From assembly GCA_026770705.1 (NCBI GenBank), contig JANJGN010000041.1, positions 5,456,001 to 5,520,000 on the forward strand: a stretch of 64,000 nucleotides of DNA. The letters are read 5' to 3'. Every line of letters starts with the position of its first letter. Position 1 is the stretch's first letter. Below, piece after piece: positions 37,150 through 48,465 of this stretch. Under the pieces are notes generated by a model. That model saw nothing but the letters and a program-made list of their open reading frames with translations, made no database searches and had not been told where the DNA came from. A program made the position numbers and the translations under genes. The DNA is from Isurus oxyrinchus (lineage: Eukaryota).

Positions 37150-39870
37150 TGTAGTAGTGTCTATGTTTATGTTAGTGTCTGTGTATCTTAACTGGATGAA
37201 AACCAGCAAGGCTGGTTGATTGATGTGTAGTAATTTTCGATTTTAGTTAGATAAAGAGAAGCAGTAAAAGGAATGCATATTTGTTGAACAAACCATTCAA
37301 AATATTGGATTAAATATTACTCCTAGCTACACGACACCATAGCAATGTCTTTATATTGCTATTAAAATTGGTGGAATGAAAGGATTATTGTTAGCAGAGG
37401 TAAAATTAAAAAAAATAGTAAAGCTAATGAAAATTTGCATTCAAAGGGAAGGCTAGATTTAAGCAGAAACTTGTTTGTACATACGAGTCATTGACAGCTA
37501 TGATCAAACCATGCTGTCAGCCTGGATCTGTTTCTGCAGTAGAAACAAATTGGTGTTAATTTATTAAATGTTGACTTTAGTTTTACATTAAAAATTTCGT
37601 GAAGATTGATGGTTTTATTTCTGAATTCAGAGTTGCATCTCAAGCGTACCAGTATAGGCTATTACAGTTGTTCAATTTTCCCTTTTGATTTTAGGCAAAT
37701 AAGCCTTAATCAATTGCTGTGTCGTAACAGCCTATTGTAGTAGAACAACCTGTTGAGACAGAATCAGCAGAGAACGTACAGAAAGAGAACCCTAGTGTTT
37801 CCAGACTGTGTGGTGACTAAACCACAGTTGTGCACATTTACACAGGAAGTGGAATAATCTAACGGACAGGCAGACAATGCTGAAATTCATTTGGTTGGAT
37901 AAACCCTTGAAAATATTGCTCAGGATGAGTGTGCTGAAGAGGATGAGACTGAAGTATTCAGTTCATTAGTGGAGCTAAATATGCAATGCCCACTCGTAAC
38001 GCAATTAAACGTCACCGGTTACTCTGAAGTAGAAGCAGAATGCATTACAGAGTTTATTTACATTCAGAACAATGTGTTAATGAAGAAGTAGAGGCAGTGT
38101 CTTGTTCATGTAGATGGAAAGTGGAAAGTAGTGCACGAAGTAGTGATACCATCTGCGTAATGGAATTAAAATTTGAGAGCACCTCATGAAATTCCAATCG
38201 CTGTACATGTGGGAAGTAGGAAAACCCAAGATAATTACAATGGAGCAAATAGTCTATTGGACTTGACTACATGAAGATGTACACAAATTCTGTCAAACAT
38301 GTCGCATATGTCAGTTGAAAGGATAAGCTATAGCATTTGTTAAACCACCACATTTAATTATAATGCCAGCGTTTGAGGAATCATTTAAACAATGTCCTGA
38401 TTGATTGTGTAGGACACCTCCCTCAGACTAAAAGTGGGAATCAGTACTTACTGACAGTCATATATGTGTCCATGAGATTTCCAGAAGCTTGTCCTTAAGG
38501 AAAAATGCAGCAAAGTGGAGTAAATCATTTTTCATTACAAGATGTGGATTAAGAAAAGAAAGACAGTCGGATCAAGGTTCGAATTTCATATCACAGCTGT
38601 GTAGATAAGTTATGTACAGCCTAGGAATATAACAATTTATGAAGTCAGCGGATCTCCCTGAATCACAGTGTGCCTTAGAAAGGTGGTAACACTGCATGAA
38701 GGCTATAATTATCGCATGTGTTCAAGGCTATCCACATGGTAATTTTCGAGGGATTTTATTCTTTTTGGTTTCCTTTACGGACATCCTTAATGTGTCAAAA
38801 GGATTCAGTCCTTTTAAGTTAATTTATGGTCATGCAATGAGGGGAAAGTGCAATCTGATTGAGGCGAACTTCATGGGGCAAAGTTCAGATACTACTTTTT
38901 TTGGACATGTGGCGAATTTCAGAGAAAGAATGAGGAACGCATCTGAGCTAAGCAAGAAAATGTTACTTATACCTCAGCAAGAGACAAAGGCAAATGCAGC
39001 TCAAAGGACAAAGGCTCGTAGTTTTTTTTTAGGTGTCGGCAAAGTGTTAGTTTTGTTCCCAGTGTCAGGTGAACATTTCAAGGCAATGTTTAGCGGGCCT
39101 TACCAAGTTGAAAAGGGGCTGAGTGTAGTAATCTATGTAATAAAGTACCCCAGGTAGAAGGAAGAGCCGGCCGGTGTATCATTAAAATTGGCTTAAATAT
39201 ATTTTTAACACACAGAATAAACAGGAAGAGGTACAGCTAGTTGTAAGTAAGGGAACAGAGGTAAAGGCTAAGGATTCTGAAACTTACCTACCTCTGATGT
39301 AAACGCAAAATCAGGAAGTACTGAGGAACATAAATTTGTGCTTTGGTTACTTTCCAGAAAAGCGTCAAAAGTGATTGAAAAAAACTATTGCAGTCATATA
39401 AAGCAATTATTGGAAATCAGTTGGGGAATGCATATTCGGCTGTACAAGATATTGAGCTGGGGAACTGAGCTTCAAAAAGGCAACACGATGAGAGATGAAA
39501 TCCAGTAAAATCACCAATAGTGCAGGAGGAAATTCAATTTCTGCTTCAACACGACAGGATTGTGCCTAGTCACACTAATTGGAGTTCAGCCATTGTAATG
39601 GTGCGGAAAACAAATTGGTTACAAGCACTATGTATTCATTACTGAAAAAAATGAACGCTACAACAAAGGCAGATTCATATCACAGGCGATGATCAGACGA
39701 GCATAGCAAGATAACCGCACAGTCAACACCTACCAAAAATCTGACTTGCTGCGAGGATACCCTTATTTGAAAGGGCATTAGTTTTTCTGATGCTGGATGG
39801 TCTACATCAATGCCATTATGGAATGCACTTTGGCATGAAAAATAAATGCACCAGCAGTGCTTCCTTGGAA
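37150..39870 (+). mobile_element. Degenerate Gypsy/Ty3 LTR retrotransposon with integrase upstream of RT (Gmr1-type order); probable LTR at ~37150-37729
   Basis: Integrase zinc finger HEIPIAVHVG…FCQTCRICQ (~38180-38320). Core LIDCVGHLPQTKSGNQYLLT…RFPEA, QSDQGSNF, GFSPFKLIYG, FSGPYQV (to ~39160). Then RT N-terminus VQEEIQFLLQHDRIVPSHTNWSSAIVMVRK (~39500-39650) and FGMK(N)AP. Confidence 0.85.
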
Positions 39871-41989
39871 GGATAATGGAAGATGATGCAGTTGTTGAAA
39901 GGATTGAATTTGAAATTTAAAGAAAATAACAGAGCTATGGAGAATGAGTAGATATAGAGTGGGCAGAATTCGGTTGCTCTGGAAAAGCACCAAGGGAGGC
40001 TCAATGGCCAAAATGGCCTTATTTTGTGCAAAATGATTCTTACTTCTAACACAGAGACATGTTTTTTTAAACATTCTCCAGTTCAATCATTAAACAGACC
40101 TCCCTCTTAATTACCACAAATCTGCCTTTGGATAGTTAGTGCATCGTCATCACTCTTAAAGTGCAGCCAATCCCCATTGTGCCCGTGTTATTATTAACTA
40201 GTGAACATTCGCTCAATTCCTATAAGGAACATTGGTGCTCCGGTTATCTCCTTGTGACTCTCAGGAGCTCAGGAGATGATGTCAAAAGCTCTGTTCGTGG
40301 TACTTGGATTCCTTTTGCTGGGACAGACTCCCTTCCATCTCGCTGCAAGAGATTGTACAATTGGGAGGTGCGCAAGTCTCTCAATAGTGATTCTTGAGCA
40401 ATATTGATTGGAACAGGAGTCCATTCAACCAAACAATCCTGTGATGCCACTGAATTGGGCAGATATTTGCTTTACTCCATCAGCCAAGCACTGTTAAAAT
40501 GATTTCCAAATGCAAATTTACCAATTTTAGTGTTGTGCATTTTCACACAATTGGCTTAAATAGTTTTTTTTTTAATTTACATTAACAGCAGCGAGCCTCA
40601 GCATTGAAACAAATCTCCTTTTAGCCTCCTAACTCTGAATTGCATTCGGCCCCTCGGTAATGTATTCCATGAACGCAATACCACGTGGACTAATCCTTCC
40701 CTTTTCCACCTTTTCTGATTGTTGTCTCCATCTCCATCCCTGTCATGTCCTGCAGCCTCACAACCCTCAGGGGATATCTGCGCCCCACTGACACTGTCAG
40801 ATTGTGCATCCAATATTGGAGGCTGTGTCTTCAGATGCCCCTGAAATCCCTCCCTCTGTTCATGAGGCTTGGTATAAGTTGCTTTTCATCATGTTCGTGT
40901 TAAGTTCACTAATTGTTTTTATATTAAATTGAAGGTGCAACGGAAGTTGCTTTCATTCTGGCTGTGCAAAGCTCAAACCACCATGTTCATTTGTGAGACG
41001 ATCTTTTGATTAAATGCACAGATAAAGTGGCTCTGATAGACCACACTTGGGGAACAGTTAAAGGCATCCGGAATGCAACGTTTCTACAATGCTTTCGATG
41101 TTGACCAGGTCAGCTTTGGTTAAAATGATATTTGGAGCACTTTGTCAATTTTTATAATATTTGCTTGCAACACGGATCTTACTTGTTTCGGCAGTTACCA
41201 TCCTGTCTGACTGTATTGAACAAGGTGCTATGATCTGTAATTAATGAATCATCCCAGTATAGAATCCAGCCGCACACTGCCCGTGTGTGTGGACAATATA
41301 CAAACCGTCCACTCCTTACTCTTCTAACTTCACTCGTACAATCTATTAACACATCGGGCTGATGTTGTGCTAACTTTGACCAACGGATGACAGGAGGCTC
41401 AGATACAGTTCACGATTGTTTATTAAAGCAATTGCAAAGAGAGAACCATCTCAAGGCATCATGAGATAGAACACGGACAAACTGCAAGCATGTTTTATGT
41501 ACCACTGATCCCATAAAATAACATTACTGAAATCCCCTTCTTGGTGGAATTTATATTATATCATAGATTTTCTTTCACGCCGGCAGAAATGTCAGCTCCG
41601 ATCCTGGCTGGACTAACTGTCCTTCCCTAATCGCTTGAAAAGAGCACTTAATCTATGTTGTTGTCATCCTCTGTCTCCAATCAGGCTCTCAAGGCCTTTC
41701 TGTTGTTTGCAGGCTCTAAGGTTGTGCAAGGTTCAACTGGTAACTTTTTCTGTTAATGTGCTTGATAGGTCTGGCTGCATGGAGATTTTAAGTCATTCAT
41801 TCAGTTTCAATACATTCTTGTTGAATTTTCCCGAACAAACCCCACTTTTGGATCTTCGCCTAGCCCAGATTATCCACATTCAGTTGTACTGTCCGTCTCT
41901 TTATGTACCGCCACCCATTGATACTGGCCTGTTACCTCGCTTTGAACCTAAAACAGCACTGGTCAGCTCAGCTGTAGTATCTGGCCCGT

Positions 41990-42250
41990 CACATGAGGCG
42001 CTAATTTTCCTTTGGTCTTTTATGATTTTAGTATCCCTTTGTTCATCTCTAAAATCTGCCCCATCTTCCAGCTTGTCAGAGACCCTTGCAATTTGGTATG
42101 CCTTAGTTTTGGAATTTCTGTCACCTTTAACTTCCTAGCTTATCCATGGATGATGGTTTCCCCCTCATACCATCTTTCTTCCTCATTGGAATGATAATTC
42201 ACTTTATTTTTGCGATTGTCACGAGGCACTTTTGATAATTGTATTTAAAC
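41990..42250 (-). mobile_element. CR1 LINE ORF2 fragment
   Basis: Minus-strand remnant HPWIS…EVKGDRNSKTKAYQIARVSDKLEDGADFR. Confidence 0.55.
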
Positions 42251-42764
42251 ACATTTATGTGACTGAAAGTGTTGTCCAGGTTGATTAGCAGTTTACAAAT
42301 TTGATGCAGCGAAGATCTTAGGGTTTTATGTCAGGTCGAGGGAAAATTTACCCTTGGCTCTAGGTCTGGTGAGTCAGTTTTGATTTATTTATCTCATTTT
42401 GTTTCTCTTCCCGGTAAGTTAGTGATGTTTTTGTTCCTGTCGCAAGGAAAGTGTTATCCTTCAAATGTTATTATTTGCTAGCCGAAGCGCATGGCTTCGT
42501 TCGAGTTCCTGGAAGTCATATCCGATCCGATGTTATGGGGGATTTGATGGGCGAAATTCCCAGTTTTATTGGTGTGCAATACTCGCATCTCGCATGTGGA
42601 AGGTCAATGTGTTTCTATGTTTCTTTTTCATTCACAATCACACCTTTCTGCTTCACTGTTGCCTTAATCAATGATACGACAGTGGATATTTTTTGCATGA
42701 ACCATTTGTATTTAAGCCCTTCAATTTCACATCTTTCTATCTATCCATCCATTTATCCATGTAA

Positions 42765-43070
42765 CTAAAACAAAACTTAAAATACCTGGAAAACACTCAG
42801 CAGGTCTGGGAGTATCTGTGTAGAGGAACACAGTTAACGATTCGAGTCCTTATGATAGTGATCAGTAGACTTCTATCCAGCTCTACATGTCCCACCCCCT
42901 CCCTTAAACCAGCTTATATTTCACCTCTTTTCTATTTTTCCTTATTTCTGTGGCAGAGTCATACAAGCTCGAAAGATTAACTGGTTTTTTCTCCACAGAT
43001 GCTGTACGGCCTGCTGAGTTTTTCCAGGTAATGTTGTTTTGGATTTCTGGCATCCGCAGTGCTTTGCTTT
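42765..43070. mobile_element. Penelope-like fold-back element (inverted 3' ends) with decayed hammerhead motifs
   Basis: 42781-42847 aatacctggaaaacactcagcaggtctgg…cagttaacgattcgag is inverted relative to 42966-43032 ctcgaaagattaactgg…cctgctgagtttttccaggtaat. The internal part matches the PLE tail at 15190-15370. Confidence 0.75.
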
Positions 43071-43480
43071 TATCTATCTATCTACCTAACCATTTATCTA
43101 TCTATCTATCCACCTGTCTGTCTATCTTTCTATATATCTCTCTATGTATCTAACTATCTAACTATCTGCCTACCTATGTATGTATGTATCCATCTATCTA
43201 TATATCTATCTATCTGCCTACCTATCTATCTGTCTATGTATCTATCCACCTGTCTATCTATTTATCTAACTNNNNNNNNNNNNNNNNNNNNNNNNNNNNN
43301 NNNNNNNNNNNNNNNNNNNNNNNNNNNNNNNNNNNNNNNNNNNNNNNNNNNNNNNNNNNNNNNNNNNNNNNNNNNNNNNNNNNNNNNNNNNNNNNNNNNN
43401 NNNNNNNNNNNNNNNNNNNNNNNNNNNNNNNNNNNNNNTATCTATCCACCTATTTATTTACCTATCTATCTATATATCTG

Positions 43481-43546
<66 letters not shown>
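43071..43546. repeat. (TATC)n/(GATA)n microsatellite spanning an assembly gap
   Basis: Imperfect then perfect tatc repeats. N gap at 43272-43438. Confidence 0.95.
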
Positions 43547-43581
43547 ATTCCATCTCGCTCTCTCATTCTCTTGTTCCTTCG

Positions 43582-43641
43582 TTCGCATGCTCCATTTGTC
43601 ATTCGCATGCTCCATTTGTCATTCTCATGCTCCATTTGTCA
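43582..43641. repeat. 20-bp tandem repeat x3
   Basis: ttc(g/t)catgctccatttgtca repeated three times. Confidence 0.85.
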
Positions 43642-44759
43642 CACGCACTGTCTAGCTCTCTCTCTCTCTCGCGTACAACTCTCTCTTCAATCTATCCTTT
43701 TGAATGTGTGTCAATCTGTGCATCTATGTGTCTGTCTAACCGTCTGTACGTCTGTCTGTCTAATCATCTTGATGATTAATTTTCTCGGCCCTTCGACATG
43801 TGCGTGCACTGCAAAAAAAAAATGTCAGTGTGATATCACGTGTGAGATTAGATCAAGTCCATCCTTCTACAATCGATAGCCAAATTCAGCATAAAATGTC
43901 TGTTCAGGTGGAATAAATTATCTTTGCCCATGAATCCTTGTCCTGAAGGCGCTTCTCTCTGTTCTCCACAAATACTGAAATCATTGGTAGATTCTTCCAT
44001 TTGGTTCTGCTGAATGTTTGTTATTTTGTTCATAATCGTGTTTTCAAATGTATCGTTTCATATGGCGGGGATATGGTTAGATGGGCCACAAGTTATTGCA
44101 CGATCCAAATTGCCATTGAAAATATGGAGGTGCCCTACCTTCCTGAAATTGTATATTTCTACTGATTGACGTCAGTAGCATTCCCTCACTACCAAGAATG
44201 AAGTCCTTCCGGCTCAGTGTGATTTCAGATGAAGCAGGAGTCCAATGGTGGACCTACATGTTCATCCGCCATGGGAGAAGTTTTCAGAACTCACGAGTGG
44301 AAATCAAAGGCCCAGGTTGCTTCACTTTTACTTGCTGTGCCTCGGCCTTTCCACCACTCTTTTGAGTCGCTGAGTCTCGAAGCAGTTTTCGAGTTGATGG
44401 ACCGCATTGTGCCAGGCCAAAAGTCCGGGAGCATTCTCCTCCCGCTCCTTGGAGATAAGGACCCCGTGCTTTAGGGACACCTGGAGAGTAGCCTTGAACG
44501 TTTCTCTTTGGCCACCCTTAGGATGAGAAATGCTTAGTGGCAGAGGTAGGTATGGTAAGGCAGCCCTTTACTGAAACATGTACCCGATGACCACCACATA
44601 TCTGCTGCATTTTTGCACGACTTTGACTGGGGGCCAACACAGCTTTGCCCCGGTCCTCAATCCTCCATCCCCACAGGGCTTTTCGCCTGAAGCAGGCCTG
44701 TGAACACCATATTTTAGTAGCAGCATTCCGGTGACTAGGGTTTATGCTTCATATGGTGC

Positions 44760-45620
44760 ATGCACAACACGTTGCTTTTAAAATGGTGGCCTCAGGACCC
44801 CATCTACTGGGATCCAGCTTGCAATCTCTGAGTTTGGCTTTGAGATTTCTGACATTCTGTGGCGGTGCTTCCCTTGCTGACTGAGTGTGGGTTTTGGTAC
44901 GTAGGCATTATCTAGATAAACCACAAGACCTACCCAGGGGACCGGGGCTCGATTGAACATATTTACAATGTCTGGAATGCTGCCCTTTACAAGATTATCG
45001 GTTTTCCGAATTTGTCTTGCCAACAGCCTTTGGAAATGGTTCACGGGCAGTGAAGTTGGAAAGTTTTCATTAGCTTTCTATGAGGCCGAATGGTTATGCA
45101 AGTCTCGCACTGATATGCAAGTGATATAAACAACAAGGCCTGGCAGGCCTTGATCTTCCATTTGAGGGAAAACCCATGTTTTCTTTGCCGAAATCAGTGA
45201 GTGAAGCCTGCCAACCACCGAGCTTGTTTTTGCCACTTGCTGGTAATTTGCCCATCCAAGTTGTGACCTTGGAGTGCATGCTGAGAAGTTAGCAAACCTT
45301 CCATACTGAAAAGAGGAGTGCATTGTTCAAAGTGGCTGTGGTGTCTTGGAGCACGATACCAGCAGCGGTTTGATACAGCATTTGTATCCTCAAATATATT
45401 GTTAATCTTAAACAATTTAATTTTGCAGCAAGGCGCTCAGCATGCACCTGAATGTCTCCGGATCCTGAGCTATGAGTGTACATTGGTCCACAAATAAGAC
45501 TTCCCTCTGTAGCTTTCCAATAACCTCTGTGCAAGAGTTTAATTTTGGCCTTTGAAAAGGCTGCCTATGGCCCTGAAATCTTGTGTAATCCTGTTTCAAG
45601 CTGCTTGAGTGCATGCTTGG
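44760..45620 (-). mobile_element. Degenerate RTE-clade LINE RT fragment
   Basis: Remnants REVLFVDQCTLIAQD (RELLFADDCAL-like), LTIN…TQMLYQ, KTSSVVGRLH. Confidence 0.6.
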
Positions 45621-47456
45621 AAAATGACCAACACAAGTAAAAAAGAAATAGTTTCACACAGACAAACCATTTTGCATCTCTCTGATCATGACGCCATCAC
45701 CAAAGTGTGAATGACACTGATCATCTGTTCAGGGCTGTCGCATATTTATGGATGAGTTGGATAGTTTATTGACCAATAAGGGAGACTAGGGACATGAGGA
45801 TATAATTGTGTGTTGTGGGAGAGATGGCGGAGGGGGCCGGTGTACGGCGCTGGTTGGGGTAACAGAGGCAGAATAGCGGTGCTGAGGCTCTGATCAGATA
45901 AGCCATGAGCCTTCCGATTTGCAGAACAGGCTCAAGGGGCCGAATGGCCTACTGAACTTAACTATTCTGTTTTTGGTGCTTGTTTGAAATGCAACCCACA
46001 CCAAAGTCGGAGGGGCCATCGAACGGATTCATCATACAGTGCATCCATCTCCTAATGATTGTCTGCAGAAGGGATTTGAGGGCCAAGAGTTAAATGTTAT
46101 GCATGGAACACCCTCACAGCGATGTACTCCATATATCCCATTATTTTATTCAAAAAAAAAGTTTTTCATTCAGTTAAAGCATCTCTCTGCATGGAGTATG
46201 TGAATGGGTGAGCAGGAGGATTGCATGGCGTGGGGAATCGTTACTGAGGGTGTATGGGGTTGGATTGTCTTGAACGCATTATCTTGAAATATTTCAGTTG
46301 AGAAAACAAAAGCCTTCTCCATACACTTTCTATTACACATCAGGTCACGAGCAACTCCAACCTTCTGGGTCCTCCATTTGCATTTATAATTTCCAGGCAG
46401 AATGGTGCAAATGTAGGTGCAACAACACAGAATGTCACTGACGGAAATGTAATTTCCAGAGGAATCCACGGAATTATCTGGGCAGCTTATTAGTCCCCTC
46501 TGGAAGATTAAATGACAAAGTCATATATCAGACATGTGCTCTGTTGGAACATAGAATGTGTCCCGAAACACATTCTATGTTGGCCATTTCATTTCGAAAT
46601 GGTGTCTTTCAGAAGGAGAATGACTGACGTAAACTGTTTGTTCAATGACTGAAACTAATTGATTTCTTTTGGGGACATGAATGCGCTCATGGGGATTTAT
46701 CTGCTGCCTATATAACAGTTTCTCTGAATGTCACATTTCATGTTTTCCAAAAGGCTCGGTGTGTCTGTTTCTACAGGAGTTAGCGCTTCTTCCCAAGGAT
46801 ATAATTTGCTCTACTTCATCAGGTATGGGCCATTTACAAACCCATTCTTGAAGTTCTCATTTTCCAATGAACGTTTATTAACATGCTCTCGGACTAACAA
46901 TGTAAATTTCTGTCCTTCTTTAGTTTCATGGATGAGGGTAACGCTTGCAAGGCCTGTATTGCCCATCTCTAATTCTACTTGTGAAGTGGGTGTTGAGCTG
47001 CTACGATCTTTGTGGTGTAGTTACATCCACGTTCTTATTCGGGGGGGATCCATTAACTTGACATGGAGACAGTAAAGGAATGGCAATAGTTTTCCAAACC
47101 AGGGCATTGAGTGGCTTGGAGAGGGACGATCAGCGAGCGGCGTTCCCATGTTCATGTTCCCTTTGCCTTTCTAGATCATTGCAGCTGTGTGTATGATTAG
47201 TTAACTAAAGGGCTTCATGTTCGCCAAATGTAACAGCTTTTCTCTGTTCACTGCTACGATTGCTGTCGTGCCTGTTTTACCCTGTTACTCCAGATTAATT
47301 AACGTGGCATCTCCTCCCGAATCTCCTGTGATTTTAACGTGATTCTCTTATTTTCCTGAACTGAATTTAAAGAAGAAGAGGGTTTCTACGTTTCAGTTCA
47401 GACATTCATTCCATATTCTGCATCGATCTCTGCAGGAAAGACATCTCCTCATAAAG

Positions 47457-47526
47457 ATGGGAGAACTGATACTGCACCAGATAGAAGCCATTTACTATCC
47501 TATTCTCGCGGCCATTGGTGTTCCTG
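47457..47526 (+). CDS. GPCR gene B, first coding exon (N-terminus and TM1)
   Basis: aagATGG Kozak context. Encodes MGELILHQIEAIYYPILAAIGVP plus one base, then donor G|GTAAG at 47527. Phase 1 joins the acceptor at 55445 to give TM1 …AIGVPVNVVAIVIL (GxxxN motif). Confidence 0.85.
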
Positions 47527-48079
47527 GTAAGAGCATAAATACTACCATTACCGGTATAGATGCATGTTGCCGTTTTTTTATAACGCTGGTTCCAATAACA
47601 TGACATCTTTTCTTTACTGCTGGGGAGTCATCAAAGCAGTGATATATGTTTAACCATAAGGATAACAGATTTCTTCCTGCTGCTTTACTTTATACTCGGT
47701 GGTATCCACTGCTGATAACCTGTTATTGCTTAATGGAATGTTATGTCACAGGGTGGGCTCTACAATAATTATCATCATCAAGCACAAACCGAATTTCAAC
47801 TTTTAGAAAATACAATCTCTGAAAATCTGTGCAGGAGAAAATTTGCATTCTGCAAAATTCTGCTTGAAATACTTGAACCTATTGTTCATGATTTTCATAA
47901 ATTTTCCAATATTTAGTGGAACAGAATCCCTGAAGAAAACATATGCTTATTACCACAGCGATCCTTTTGCAAATCTGTATGCAGAAAGGATATCGGGAAG
48001 TCTGGCTGAAACACATTACCGTGTGTGCTGAATACAATCCGATTGTCTATTGAAATGCATTCATTTCTGCAGCCTCATT

Positions 48080-48465
48080 TATTGAGCACCTCAATAAATT
48101 TACATGAATTGTAGTCACTTAAGTAATGAAAAAGATGACAGGCAATTTTTGTTCCGGAAGCTTCCAGAAGCAGCAAGTTGATAATGACCAGATGATCCTT
48201 TTTTGTGCTTTAGCAGAGGTTTAAATAGTGGTCATGACGCAAGGGGCTATGACAATGTTGTTCAGCGAAATAGTGGCATGGAATCTTTGACGTTAACCCT
48301 GTGAATCGAATTGACATCTGTTCTGAAAGTTATTACACCCAATATTGCAGAACTACTTCACTACGGCAATGGATAATTAGCCGAGAATTTTGATCTCAAG
48401 AACTTACGCCGGACTTAAATAATCAAACATCTATCTCAGCACGTGGTTTGCTAACTGAGACATAA
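48080..48465 (-). mobile_element. Degenerate DeuSINE-like element in the gene B intron
   Basis: cagcaagttgataatgaccagatgatc…gaaatagtggcatggaatcttt…gctaactgagaca resembles, from recall, the reverse strand of cartilaginous-fish Deu-domain SINEs. Confidence 0.5.

Noticed and set aside
38696-39157. 153-aa ORF as a host or domesticated gene
   Set aside because: It is a fragment of a frameshifted Gypsy integrase with stops on both sides.
43059-43879. Long ORFs of 198 and 231 aa
   Set aside because: Translations of (TATC)n and an N gap.
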